A stretch of 46,562 nucleotides of DNA from Octopus bimaculoides. Taxonomy: Eukaryota. Shown here in pieces: positions 1 to 14,808 of the stretch. Under the pieces are notes generated by a model. That model was not told the DNA's origin. It searched no databases and saw only the letters and a program-made list of their open reading frames with translations. The translations under genes were made by a program, and so were the position numbers. Position 1 is the stretch's first letter, and each line of letters starts with the position of its first letter. The DNA is taken from NCBI RefSeq assembly GCF_001194135.2, contig NC_068989.1, positions 50,860,890-50,907,451 on the forward strand, read 5' to 3'.

Positions 1-2654
1 CATCATTATTATCATACAGTTTTTCAAGTTTTGTGTTTCTCTTAAATGGAGTTGGTTTTACAATGAGTTCTTTCAAAATTGAAAGCTATGCAGCCTTTAG
101 TTTCAACCACCAGCGTTTTAATTTAGAAATGCTGTACCACAGTAAACAATAGATATTACAGCGGCTGACTTAGTTATCTAGTGAATTTGCGTCAGAAGAG
201 GCGTAAGTTGATTTTGCTGTATATTTGGTGAAACATATGCCTCTGAACACTGGTTACGAGAGAATGAAGGAGATAACTGCTCGTATAAAATCTATGATTA
301 ACAGATGTCTACAGTGCAGCTCATACTTTTTCTAACTTCCTCTTTCCTTCTCTACCTCCTATAATTATCTGACTGTAAACGCATATGTGCATATAGCGTG
401 TAATATATGTCTGTATATAACAGATAATTGTATACTGTGAATACGTGGAATGTAAGTGTACCTGATGAGTCTCCATAAGAAATATATATANNNNNNNNNN
501 NNNNNNNNNNNNNNNNNNNNNNNNNNNNNNNNNNNNNNNNNNNNNNNNNNNNNNNNNNNNNNNNNNNNNNNNNNNNNNNNNNNNNNNNNNNNNNNNNNNN
601 NNNNNNNNNNNNNNNNNNNNNNNNNNNNNNNNNNNNNNNNNNNNNNNNNNNNNNNNNNNNNNNNNNNNNNNNNNNNNNNNNNNNNNNNNNNNNNNNNNNN
701 NNNNNNNNNNNNNNNNNNNNNNNNNNNNNNNNNNNNNNNNNNNNNNNNNNNNNNNNNNNNNNNNNNNNNNNNNNNNNNNNNNNNNNNNNNNNNNNNNNNN
801 NNNNNNNNNNNNNNNNNNGTGAGTGTTTGTTCACGTGTAACGTATATATTCTTAGGATGTGAATGTCTATCAGTTCATATACATAAATGAATACCACATA
901 CGTACATATATACATACATATATACATATATACGTTATATGTGTGTGTATATATATATTTTTTTTTGAGAGAAAAAAGAAAGACAGAAGGAACGAAAGAG
1001 AGAGAAAAAGAGAGAGCTATATACTTGTATATAGCTTGTACATCAAAATTTGCGTATGTATTGGAAATCGCTTTATTCTCGTATCGCGTGTTTGCCAAAC
1101 TATACACGCCTAGCGTCATATGAAGATTATTTTAATCATATTAACTAATATTATTACTTCAGGGTCAACAACATTAGTTAATACTAATATTAACTAAGAT
1201 TATTTTAATAATATTAACCCACTTTTTCACTCTGTGTCTTTAGACTTACCTAAATTCATTAATTCGATTTCACATACTTCTAACCGTACTTTCCTAACTT
1301 ACTCCAAGCTCTAATTTCTCTCATTCCCTCATTCTCCCTCCCCCTACTAACACCATTTCCTACTTTACTCAGCATTCTTTTATTTTTACTCATTACTAAG
1401 CACTTCCTTATCTCGTTGCCATTACCATTCTTGCTAAGAATGTTGTTCGAGTAGAATTATAATCAAACATCATTTTAGTTATGCCCACCATGTATTTTAG
1501 GTGTAACAAAAATACGTTAAACAGTATGCCCACAGCTATACCTAGCACGTATAGTAATCATACTTGGTGCTGGTTATAGGAAGTGATAATATTAATCGAC
1601 CTTCTGATCTGAAGCATACGTAAGTGAATCTATCTATAATGAAATAGGTTCCAGTGATATCCACCTTAAAATTGTATCTATTTCTTTCCCAAAACAGTGG
1701 ACAAGCATGGTTAGAGTCTCGTGTTGTAAGTAACTTAACGATAAAGGTGAAAAGTTTGTTTATAAAGCCCTATATTTATTCATCGATGCTTCTTTATATC
1801 GATGTACGTAGGAAGGCAGTGTATGAGTAAAACGTGATATCGACGCTATACTGATAAAACCATAATGTGAATGCCGCTACATGATTCATTTTTCTCATTT
1901 TGTTGGATTCGTCGATGAGAATTTAGTTGATATATCATCTCAAATGAGTGCCTAATTTACTGAATACGTGAATAGTTTTATATTCCATGCAATTCTAAAT
2001 AAAAGCTGTGCATTTACATTTGCAGTTACAATCAATCTGGCAGGCATTTGAGTAATTTCTGTCGATTGCTTTTCGAAGTACAGGGTCTGCGAAGATAAAA
2101 GACAAGTCCAAGACATAGTGCATTACAATCTATATGGAGATCACGTCATTGAAAAGTTAAATTCTAAATTATTTTGACATGATCCAAGTGCATAGCCAAA
2201 CGGCAGTTTAGAGAACGCCGCACAAACAGTTTCTATATGTTTTTACAGAATATTTATCGAATGTGTCCTTCTTTAGATATGTTAGTATAGTAATATTTTT
2301 AGTGAGCTTTGGTCCCTGTATTTAGCAAGCAAAGAAATAATGTAGATATTTTGTTATATAACTCTATCTTAAGATTTTAAATCAAATGGACAATGAAATT
2401 ACGAAGTCTTTGCCTGACATAAAAGTGTGGCTGACGTGAATATTGAAGTGAAATTACAACGACTGAGAAGTCAATTTCTTTTTCAACACAATTATATAAA
2501 TAACAATAACATTACTGTCTGTTTGTAACAATCTCTTTATTTTTCAACTCCTCAACCGTATTATCAGGACTGTGAGTTGTCTACTGAAGCTGGACGCATT
2601 TAATGAAATATGACTGAAAATGACTAGGAAAAGATAAAGATTATTCTTTGTGTG

Positions 2655-2658
2655 TATA

Positions 2659-2696
<38 letters not shown>

Positions 2697-2706
2697 NNNN
2701 NNNNNN

Positions 2707-2738
<32 letters not shown>
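2655..2738. repeat. (TA)n microsatellite spanning a 10-N gap
   Basis: Direct dinucleotide run; N at 2697-2706. Confidence 0.95.
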
Positions 2739-2740
<2 letters not shown>

Positions 2741-3614
2741 AAGCGTGTGTAAATCTATGTGTGTATGTGTTTGTGTGTGGTTGTGTGTGTATATGTGTAT
2801 TTATCTACGTGTATATATTTATTTTGTTGCTTTTTATGTATTTCTAGGCAATTCATTTTATATATCGCAGTTTTTTTCATTTCAATTTTTACGTTCACGT
2901 ATTATTTCCTCTATCCATCTTCTTCATACTGTAGATGGAATTTATTTCGGTTTTGTTATTGTTATTTTTTAAACACAATATGTTTGTCATTCATTTCCAT
3001 TTAGGCATGAAATTGTTGATAAACTGCGATTCTGATATCCTTACAGAAAAATGGTATGTTGCCAAACATATTCCAGCATTGAAATCAAAAGAAAGTAGTT
3101 GAAACATGTAAATATACACGATCACACACACACATATATATATATACATATGCATATATGTGTATGAGATATATATATATACATACATATATATATATAT
3201 ATATATANNNNNNNNNNNNNNNNNNNNNNNNNNNNNNNNNNNNNNNNNNNNNNNNNNNNNNNNNNNNNNNNNNNNNNNNNNNNNNNNNNNNNNNNNNNNN
3301 NNNNNNNNNNNNNNNNNNNNNNNNNNNNNNNNNNNNNNNNNNNNNNNNNNNNNNNNNNNNNNNNNNNNNNNNNNNNNNNNNNNNNNNNNNNNNNNNNNNN
3401 NNNNNNNNNNNNNNNNNNNNNNNNNNNNNNNNNNNNNNNNNNNNNNNNNNNNNNNNNNNNNNNNNNNNNNNNNNNNNNNNNNNNNNNNNNNNNNNNNNNN
3501 NNNNNNNNNNNNNNNNNNNNNNNNNNNNNNNNNNNNNNNNNNNNNTATATATATATATATATATGTGTATGTTTTTATATGCATATGCATATATATGAAG
3601 AGAGATATATAAGA

Positions 3615-3615
<1 letters not shown>

Positions 3616-3650
<35 letters not shown>

Positions 3651-3677
3651 GTTTGTGTGTGTGTGTTTGTGTGTGTT

Positions 3678-3730
<53 letters not shown>

Positions 3731-3732
3731 GT
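3616..3732. repeat. (TG)n microsatellite with TTTG interruptions
   Basis: Direct sequence. Confidence 0.95.
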
Positions 3733-4390
3733 GCACGTGCGCATTGGTGTGTAATTGCGTATAATATCAACAAACAGATGGAAGAGAGTAGAGCCTGAAG
3801 AAAATAAAACATACAATATCTTAAAACAAGATAATATTAAAAGAGAGAAAGCTAATCAATAATAATAAAGATTAAAACTGAGTAGATAGAGAAGAGATAT
3901 TGCATTCACTGCTGCAACGACAGTTAATCATTATGGTGATGATCATGAAGATATTCCAAATCAACTTCACCATATAAATGCTGGTTTCTATTGCCACAAT
4001 TATTTATAACTCTCCTTGCCTTGTGTATACTTTCATCCTGTACTCTCTCTATATATATGTAAATATCTATAACATACACACATATGTATGCATATGTGCA
4101 TATATAAGCACACGAACAATATAATATATGTATATATATANNNNNNNNNNNNNNNNNNNNNNNNNNNNNNNNNNNNNNNNNNNNNNNNNNNNNNNNNNNN
4201 NNNNNNNNNNNNNNNNNNNNNNNNNNNNNNNNNNNNNNNNNNNNNNNNNNNNNNNNCAAACCAATGTAAGTTATATATGTAGGAATATATATATACATAT
4301 GATATATGTATACATCTAAATATATTAGATATGGTCAAATACAAAATGAAGAACTTTCATAAAGACAAAACACACGCACATATATATTAT

Positions 4391-4468
4391 TTTATTCTTT
4401 ACTTGTTTCAGTCATTTGACTGCGGTCATACAAGAGCATCGACGGGCTTCTTTCAGTTTCCGCTTCCG
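4391..4468 (-). mobile_element. Internally deleted fragment of SINE family B
   Basis: ttgactgcgg(t)cat matches the piece at 9738-9751, and gacgggcttctttcagtttcc matches 9968-9988 of the long copy; the intervening ~200 bp are missing. Confidence 0.7.
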
Positions 4469-7129
4469 AAGTATATATATATATATATATGCATACATAC
4501 ATACATAAACATAGTTTCACAGAAGCAAATACACACATTTACACACACATATGCGTTATCTGTGATTGTGCGTATGTACAAGTATTTCTGTGTGCCTGTG
4601 TGTTCACATAGACATAGAGAATTAGTTAAATATAGATGTACTTTGGTATACAGATAAGAAAATGCATTTCTGTATTTTTATATTTTTTAAAACATTTGTA
4701 ATTTTATATAAAATTATGTTAACAATCGCACTGCCTTCCATATGCTGTGATCAAAAATTTTCGTTAAGCAAAATATATCGATGGAATTACATTTAAAGAT
4801 GTCATTCCCAAATTCTATTTTATATGTATATTCGATATTTGATGAAAATTGTAGAAAGGTTTTTTTTAAAAGTAATTGATGCAACAATGCTAGAATGTTG
4901 GAGCTATATATGCCATTCCGGAATGCACGCTGTGTGAATACATATTACTTAATAATAGGCAAGTTCCTTTCGGTGTGCGGGAAACATTTTCAATTTTAGA
5001 TTTCATTACCGACTGAGGTATTGGAAGAGAGTTAGCTTTAATCAACCCGTAGTATATATAAAATAAACAACTTTCGGAGACAATAGTGGTTTATTGAGAC
5101 GGAAGTTTCAGATTATTTTCGTATCAAAATATGATAAACTGAAAAAAGTTCTTTTTAAATTTCACGGTAAGTGACCAGCTTTGTCGGGTGTGTGAATGAG
5201 AATACAAGGGTTAAGCAAGAGAGAATAAGGATGTTAAGTACGGTCATTTGACCGGCACTATTCAATAGAGCTGTTTTGCAGGAATCACAGAAATTAACAA
5301 GGGGAGTGTATTAGAAAAAAGATAATGTAAAGGGAAGAGTGTGGGAACACGTTTTTGGTCAAGGGGAGACAAAAATATATATGCATGATGAAAGCATTAG
5401 AGAATGGGGAGGAATCATGGAGGCTACTACTGGTTTTAAATTGAGAAATTTTCAATAGTGTGCGCGGAACGTGATTATAATATAAAGTAGCAAAGGTGTA
5501 TGTTGGCGCATGTACTTTCAAGTTTACAAAGACAGGAGTTAGGAAGGGGAGGCAAGTGATATGAGAGAAAAAAATTAAATGGTAAGGAAAAATACAGAGA
5601 GAAGTACGTAAATGACAATAAGGAATTAAAGGGAAGATATATTGTTGGTTTAATATATAGTGGTAACGAGGGAAAATTTATGGGGAAAGTTTTGGGGAAA
5701 GGCGGCCTGAGGTTGTTGTTATTTGTATTTTGAGAATAGATTTAGTGATCGATGTTTGCAACTAAAAATTATACCGCTGCGTTCATTAAGACAAACCGTG
5801 AATTGCAAAATAGTTAAGAGCTCGCCTTATTATTATAGTTGCTGTAAGGTATTGAATCAATCTTTATTTCATTGATAAGCTGAGATAACGATGTATTGTT
5901 AGATTTTGTTCGGGACTTGAAACTGGAGTAATGACTGTTCACTCTAGCTTTGAAGGTGGTGCTACATGATACGACATATTTGTAGTTATGGTTGGCTGCT
6001 GAAACTGTACACTCATAAACGATGTTTTTTTTTTGTGAGACAATGGTTATCTAAAAGACAGGAGGTTGGGTGTCTGAAGCTGCATGGGTTTCTAGGCAGT
6101 GTTCCAGATAAACTTGTAAGGGAATTGTTATTTATTCAGCAGATATAAATATAAGTATGAATGTGTGAGAGAGAGAGAGAAAGATAAAGAGACAGAGAAA
6201 GAGTGCGATGGAGAGAGAGTTTGTGGGACGTTAGGGTGGTCGATGATGCGTGTGTGAGTATTCAGTATTAATAAAAAACGCTGTAGGCTTCAGGTGCAAT
6301 GGTTTGGAAAGATCTCGGGCTTTTAGCTAACGATCATCTCGGCCTTTACTAGCGAGGGGAGACAACTTATTAGTAATTATCAATAGATGTATAGCCTTTG
6401 CAATATATTCCTGGTGCTCAAGTGAGTAGCCTTCTAACTTATAACTATTTATAAAACGCTTTTATTTCTTACCGCATAATAACACTATCTAATAATCTAG
6501 TTTTAATTTGGGTTTGAAAATATGTTTATTTAAACTCTGATATGAACGTAAGACAGTAGACCATAACTGCATAAATAAGATGCTTGTTGAAAGAATTGCA
6601 ATTCATATCCTAGTTCTGTATATTGAACTGGCATATTTATGATTCTCGACAGCTAATATTCTAATTTGCATTTATGTAATTAGTTTCTGCATTGCAGGAG
6701 TACCGACCATCACTGGAAGTGGATGTCCATCAGTACGATGTATCTTGCAAAGGAATGGTTCTGTTTCATTAGCTTTCCTATATTTAATGTCTCACTTACG
6801 GTTATGCATTCCAAATGTTTATCATTTAAATGAATTGCATTTATAAAATATAGTTTCCAAGATATTCGAAGCATTCCTAACTGTGATGTTATTTATTTCA
6901 TTTATCATAGCCTTCAATTATTCCAAATAAAACAGCTTAGATGAACACAAAAGTGACATATTCGATCCTATAGAAAAAGAAATCATCTGAGCCATCCAGT
7001 TGCAGGGTATACAGGAATGATCAGTGGTAGAGACACAATTCTCTACATATATATAATTAAATACCATTAATAGCTACCAAGCTTAACGAAGGAAGCTTTT
7101 GTATGTTAGCTCATGGGAAGGAGTAGCAC

Positions 7130-7260
7130 GGTGAACTGACAAAAGATTATAAAGCACAATAACTTCCGTCGTTTGTTTCGACTCCGTCTGCTCCGAGTCC
7201 AAATTCTGCCGAAGCTTACTTTGTGTTCTTTCCTTCTGGATTTGATAACCGAAATTAACA
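7130..7260 (+). mobile_element. Highly decayed copy of SINE family A
   Basis: gctccgagtccaaattctgccgaagcttactttgtg aligns by eye with gttctgagttcaaactccgccgaggccgacattgcc of the copy at 27578-27783. Confidence 0.5.
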
Positions 7261-7862
7261 GTCACGTAAATAGGTTAGATAAAATCAACTCCCAGTCTGT
7301 TATAAATTACCTTATCCTAGCATCGTAAAGTAGATGTGAAATTTACCACTACCCGTAGAGCAACCCCTAGGTACCATTTGGACTACACTGTCGCTACATC
7401 AATTTTAAAGCTATGTTATTTTACATTACGGCCAAAAACAACGGGTGTATCCAAACACACCATCATACACGAACACATTGACACGTAATGCTATCCTTTT
7501 ATAAAAATTTAATCCCCTGCAAACTACATCCGTTTAAACATTTTTATGTATATATAAGTTAAAAGCGCTATACGATACACATTTCCAATATTTCCATTTC
7601 TTCACATATACCAGAACTTGAATTCTACAAATTGTAATAAGCATTTAGCATTTCCTTTTACTCTTAGAGTTTTCAATTATCAATCATTTCAAGAATGTGA
7701 ATAAAGATCAATATGCATGAACATTAATAACATTGTTGTGTGTGTATATATATATTTTCCGGATGAAAATACTACTTCTGTTTATAGCATTCTTCCCTAG
7801 GTTTCCAAAGACATTTAAAATCATAATTTATTTCAAGAGTGCTTTCATTTCAGTATGAATAT

Positions 7863-7902
<40 letters not shown>

Positions 7903-8818
7903 GTATAGATATATATGTATATATAAATCATTAGAGGAATCAGTTTATTAGACAGAGACCAATAAATGTCAGGATAGTTTATTTAATTTAACTAGACAGC
8001 TGTTTCTGTCGCAAAAGTCCATATTTCGGTTCTACAATTGAAGAATTGTTATTTCGACAAAAGTAATACGCATTATTATATTATGCCATTTGGAACTCAT
8101 CAGTGGATAATAATTAAATATTCTAATATTTTAAATTAATACCTTTAGATTTCTTCTTTGTGATCATTTTATATTGAATTCGTTTTCTAACTAGTTTATA
8201 TTTTTTTCACTCGCCAAATCAAATTCAGAACTGAAGCTTGTAAAGCTTAACTTTGTTAATATTCAGTTTCTTTTGTTTGTATGATTATCTAGTCATTACT
8301 CCTTCCCTCTATATCTAATTAAACATCGTCCTCAATCTTCCATATTTGCTTGTCAAAAAAGCATTCATATGTACAGCTTGAAATACCATATTTTCTATTT
8401 GACATTTTGTTAACTGCCATCTATCATATCTCATAAATTTTTATCCTCCTGTTTAATTATAAACAGCAACATAAGATCAATCGATAATTTTTCCTGTACT
8501 TTACACATAATAAATTCATTTAATTCGTAATGCAATTATTTAATTACATTAATTGTTTTAAAATTAATAGCATGATGTATTTATTTAAATATAGCGTTAT
8601 TTTAGTCGTTGTAATTACGTAAATATAATTTTATTTCATGATTCTTAGCCTACTTTTCGCGTAAGTATATTCCTTTCGTAATTGACACCAACCAAATATA
8701 CTTATTTATCTTGTCGTTATTATATACACTTTACATCAATTTCTTAATGATATTTATGCACCAGTATTGGTATCAGGTATTATTAATACAAAATAATGGT
8801 TTAAACCGATATATCAAT

Positions 8819-8957
8819 CATTTCTCTTATATTATCATTTACAGTATGAGATAACATTTCCCTCATATCATTTCCCTTATATTATCATTACAATATGAGA
8901 TAACATTTCTCTTATATTATCATTTACAATATGAGATAACATTTCATACTTATATTC
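8819..8957. repeat. 36-bp minisatellite, 3 full units plus 2 partial units
   Basis: Unit catttctcttatattatcatttacaatatgagataa at 8819-8854, 8869-8903 (35 bp) and 8904-8939; partial units at 8855-8868 and 8940-8957. Confidence 0.9.
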
Positions 8958-9147
8958 AAATAAAAAAATTGTTAATTCCAGTTATCATCTGTTTATCTCC
9001 GACACGAAGAGGAAATAATAGGGTATTGTTTTGGTAAAATAAATTACTAACTGATTATAACGTTATTATAGTTCTAATTATGACGCTTTAATATCTAAAA
9101 TAAAATCTAAATAAATTTACCAGTTTTATCATTATATACATATGTAT

Positions 9148-9490
9148 GTTGAAACCCCCTTCGGTCATGACTGACCATGGGATTGCACCTAGAAAGTTAC
9201 CTTCCCAGGCAAAAGTCCGAGCAAGGTTGTTAATGAAAGACCAGCAGTCGCCCATGCATACCGACCTCCCCTCTCCACGCCACCTGTGTTATCCAAGAGA
9301 AAGGCAAAGGGTGCCGATACAGTTTGGCACCTGTGACGTCGCAACTCATTTATACAGCTGAGTGAACTGGAGCAACGTAAAATAAAGTGTCTTGCTCAAG
9401 AACACAACACGCAACCCGGTCCGAGATTCGAACTCACAACCTGACGATCGTAAGCTCGACGCTCTAACTACTGAGCCAAGTGCCTTCACA
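9148..9490 (-). mobile_element. tRNA-derived SINE, family C, near full length
   Basis: Minus-strand head gaaggcacttggctcagtagttagagcgtcgagcttacgatcgtcaggttgtgagttcgaatctc has an A box (TGGCTCAGTAG) and B box (GAGTTCGAATC), followed by a gtgttcttgagcaagacacttt core; a (TACA)n tract 9491-9552 abuts the head. Confidence 0.85.
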
Positions 9491-9737
9491 TACATACATA
9501 CATACATACATACATACATGCAAACATACATACATACATACATACATACATATTTATTCACATATAGATCCATGTACGTATGTGCTTATTGACCAGCACT
9601 AAATTCTTAATATATAAACATACTAGNNNNNNNNNNNNNNNNNNNNNNNNNNNNNNNNNNNNNNNNNNNNNNNNNNNNNNNNNNNNNNNNNNNNNNNNNN
9701 NNNNNNNNNNNNNNNNNNNNNNNNNNNNNNNNNNNNN

Positions 9738-10130
9738 TTGACTGCGGCCATGCTGGAGCACCGCCTTTTAGTCGAGCAAATCGACCACAGGACTTATTCT
9801 TTGGAAGCCTAGTACTTATTCTATCGCTCTCTTTTGCCGAACCGCTAAGTTACGTGACGTAAACACACCACCATCGGTTGTCAAGCGATGCTGGGGGGGG
9901 GGGGGCAAACAGACACACAAACATATACATATATATATACAACATATATATATACAACATATATATACGACGGGTTTCTTTCAGTTCCCGTCTACCAAAT
10001 CCAATCACAAGGCTTGGTCGGCCCGAGGCTATAGTAGAAGACACATACCCAAGGTGCCACGCAGTGGGAATGAACCCGGAACCATGTGGTTGGTATGCAA
10101 GCTACTTACCACACACCCACTCCTACGCCT
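9738..10130 (-). mobile_element. tRNA-derived SINE, family B (3' end lost in gap)
   Basis: Minus-strand head aggcgtaggagtgggtgtgtggtaagtagcttgc...ccgggttcattcccactgcgtgg with A/B-box-like motifs; internal TA-rich tract; shares segments with 4391-4468. Confidence 0.85.
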
Positions 10131-11878
10131 ATATATATATGTATATGTATATGTATGTTTGTGTGTGTGGTAAAATTGCGTATATATATATCCATATACA
10201 TTTAAACACACAGACGCACACATATATATTAAAATGCACATGGGTATACTTGTACGACAGTTTACCACGTATTTCCGTTTACGAAATTCACGCATGATGT
10301 ACTGGTAGATTCCGAACGGTAGTGGAAGTCACTATCCTAAGATGCTGAAACCACGTGGCTGAGTCGAGTAATTATAATCATATAGGCATTCCTGCATCTA
10401 TGTGAGTGTATTATACACAGTTTGAAGGGAATACGATTATTTACGAATTTACCAGTGCATTTTAGTTATGCTATTCGTACCTCGTTCTCTCCCTTATTTG
10501 GGAAAAGAATGTACGTAGTAAATTTTACTTCCGTCAGTTTTTCTCAGAGACGCTTCTGAGAATGCAGGATATATAGTTACTATTGATTAGTGCTGTGCTG
10601 TTGGCATGATTAGTGTTCAAGTATTTAATTGGGTATGTTTGTGAGAAATAGTTTAGTTATTTGAGAAAATGATTTCCTTCAGTTTATTCATGGAAATCGG
10701 TTCCCTCTAGATTCTTGCACATAGTTGCTCATTTACATATCGAAGCAGGTATTGTTATTAAAAACTTCAATCCGTACATATGGCAATTACAACGTCATTA
10801 GAAACAAGATTGTCAGTAAATCATTTACGTTTCTAAATCACAATTAAATGCCCGATGTTAGCCTAGTGATACGTATTCTAATATCAAAATGTGTATGGGA
10901 AGAAGTGGATCAATGATGCAAACAAACTATAAGAGTATCAACTAAATATATACCATCTACCTATATTTATTCATGTCTTTCTAAACGACCAGCCACGATA
11001 TATATGTAAACGGATATTTACATTTCAAAATCAGCATACTATATTAAGAGACTCATTGTAGAGTTTTAATTGTACAAACTCGAACTTCCTCAATAAAAGT
11101 TATTATTTGTAGACAAATAATAACTTGATACAAACCACCCTGTATTAAAGCTACGCATATTATAAAATATAGCATTTATAACATTGCTGCGATGTGCACG
11201 CAGTGTAAACCGAGATGTTTAGTAAGAGTACACTATGGAGAATTTGATACAAAATTAATGTTTGATAATTAGACAAGACGAAGGCTATCGATAGTTATCA
11301 GCCATGATTTCTCAATCTATTGCTAGAGGTAAAATTTTAAATCGTAGATGACGCCTATTCAGCCACAGAAAACCTTTCAGTCAAATGAATAACTTACTAA
11401 GCAGCGCATCATTACAATATATTCAATTTGACTTTTCCTTTCAAATGCATCAGGATTTCTTTTTACACTTCGGAACCAGCAACGCAACTATATATTCTAT
11501 ATATCGAGTGATAATCACTTTACATCAAATATATAAAGGAATACCTAAAACAAATCTGTTTCAGATAATTGCGTACATAACATAATACGATTTGAAAATA
11601 AAGATAGGACAAACTGATTCAAAAAAGAACCGAAGTAAAATCAATCGACTACAGAATTATACAAAAAAGTAATTTTTCTCAATTCTATGATATACAATAA
11701 TTTCATTAAATATATTTTATTTTAACTATTTTAAGTTTGTGCTTTTAGAAAATATAGACAGCCGAAAGCATGGCAAGAATTTCAATGATTTTGGCCTTTC
11801 ACGGAGTATTATTTGATTTACTTTTATATTTATATTCAAAAGTTCGAAATAATACATACATACATACATACATACATA

Positions 11879-12319
<441 letters not shown>

Positions 12320-12477
12320 TTTACTATTCAAAATGAAGTTTCTATAATAAATAGGTGAAAATATTTTTAGATTAAATATGTAATATTTTATTTTAGAAAT
12401 ATGTTAATGACATTTCGAATGATAAACAAATTCCACAGAAATATTTCAATGTAAATAAGCAAATTGGATATAAATTC

Positions 12478-12490
12478 CACACACACACAC

Positions 12491-12523
<33 letters not shown>

Positions 12524-12612
12524 CACACACACACACAAACACACACGCACACACACAGAGACACACACGCACACACACACACAGAGACACAGACACACAA
12601 CACACACACACA
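12478..12612. repeat. (CA)n microsatellite, imperfect
   Basis: Direct sequence. Confidence 0.95.
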
Positions 12613-13758
12613 AATACATACATCATGCAAACCAAAACATATGCACTCAAAAACACACATTTACACATGTGCACACACATAGCTTTCTATGAATATGCAT
12701 ACGTATAAATGTACGTGTGTATGAAAGGAAGTATGTGAATGCATTTGCGTATATATCTGAACATAGAGTAAGGAAGCTTAAGAAAAAGTATGCCGAGTCG
12801 AAAATATGAACAAATGTGATGGAGGATTCAAATATATAATTTAATAATATTATAATATGCATAAATTATGAAAACGAACAGATGTATATGTGGTAGATTT
12901 CGTACTAACATTCTAAAACTATTTATTATATGTAAAAGTATACTTATACACTTGCATAAATACATACATTCATACAAACCCACGCACAGATATACATAAA
13001 TAAATAAATACATACATATAACTATATGTATGTGCATATATATGTATGTGCATATATATGTATGTATACATATATATATATATGTATATATATATANNNN
13101 NNNNNNAGTTTATAAAAAGAACTTACATCAATACACACACATGTGAGCGCGTATTTATGTGTGCATGTGGGTGTCTGCACGTGCGAATGTTTTTTTTTCA
13201 TGTAGTTGTCTATGGTATTGTGATTTATTTGTATAAATATATTCAGCATATATATAGACAGAAATAAATAAAATTACCATCTTTTTATTCCTCTGAAGCG
13301 ACTGAAATAAAAGAAACGACATACAAACATAGGTATATTACAGATGTACTCCCACATTCCCGCATACCCGGCTTCATAGGGAAAGGAACACACGCATATA
13401 TGCATGAACACATTTATCTGAGCGTTTATATATGCGTGCGCGTACGCACAAACACACAGAAATACACACATATTTCATAATATATCTTCATATATAAAAG
13501 TACTTACTCATACAAACAAATCTCAGAGTTATAATGTGTGTGTATATGTGAATATGCATGCGTCCGTATCCATATGTAAGTGTACGTATTATATACACAT
13601 ATTTTTTTTATGAATTATGTATAATTGTATGCACGTATCTATCAAATTATATCTCTCTCTTTCTCTATCGTATTTTTTCTATCATTATATATAGAGATTT
13701 GTGTGTATGTGTGTGTATTTATGTATATATGTATGTATATATGTATATATATACATAC

Positions 13759-13828
<70 letters not shown>

Positions 13829-14808
13829 NNNNNNNNNNNNNNNNNNNNNNNNNNNNNNNNNNNNNNNNNNNNNNNNNNNNNNNNNNNNNNNNNNNNNNNN
13901 NNNNNNNNNNNNNNNNNNNNNNNNNNNNNNNNNNNNNNNNNNNNNNNNNNNNNNNNNNNNNNNNNNNNNNNNNNNNNNNNNNNNNNNNNNNNNNNNNNNN
14001 NNNNNNNNNNNNNNNNNNNNNNNNNNNNNNNNNNNNNNNNNNNNNNNNNNNNNNNNNNNNNNNNNNNNNNNNNNNNNNNNNNNNNNNNNNNNNNNNNNNN
14101 NNNNNNNNNNNNNNNNNNNNNNNNNNNNNNNNNNNNNNNNNNNNNNNNNNNNNNNNNNNNNNNNNNNNNNNNNNNNNNNNNNNNNNNNNNNNNNNNNNNN
14201 NNNNNNNNNNNNNNNNNNNNNNNNNNNNNNNNNNNNNNNNNNNNNNNNNNNNNNNNNNNNNNNNNNNNNNNNNNNNNNNNNNNNNNNNNNNNNNNNNNNN
14301 NNNNNNNNNNNNNNNNNNNNNNNNNNNNNNNNNNNNNNNNNNNNNNNNNNNNNNNNNNNNNNNNNNNNNNNNNNNNNNNNNNNNNNNNNNNNNNNNNNNN
14401 NNNNNNNNNNNNNNNNNNNNNNNNNNNNNNNNNNNNNNNNNNNNNNNNNNNNNNNNNNNNNNNNNNNNNNNNNNNNNNNNNNNNNNNNNNNNNNNNNNNN
14501 NNNNNNNNNNNNNNNNNNNNNNNNNNNNNNNNNNNNNNNNNNNNNNNNNNNNNNNNNNNNNNNNNNNNNNNNNNNNNNNNNNNNNNNNNNNNNNNNNNNN
14601 NNNNNNNNNNNNNNNNNNNNNNNNNNNNNNNNNNNNNNNNNNNNNNNNNNNNNNNNNNNNNNNNNNNNNNNNNNNNNNNNNNNNNNNNNNNNNNNNNNNN
14701 NNNNNNNNNNNNNNNNNNNNNNNNNNNNNNNNNNNNNNNNNNNNNNNNNNNNNNNNNNNNNNNNNNNNNNNNNNNNNNNNNNNNNNNNNNNNNNNNNNNN
14801 NNNNNNNN
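13829..14808. other. Largest assembly gap (980 N), entered from a (TA)n tract
   Basis: N run; the long ORFs 13558-14943 in the track are gap read-through. Confidence 0.99.

Noticed and set aside
462-490. CTGATGAgtctccataaga as the start of a hammerhead
   Set aside because: No GAAA-stem III half before the TA tract and gap; cannot be evaluated.
8819-8957. CRISPR array (36-bp repeats with a hairpin)
   Set aside because: Units are contiguous with no unique spacers, no cas genes are present, and the context is eukaryotic.
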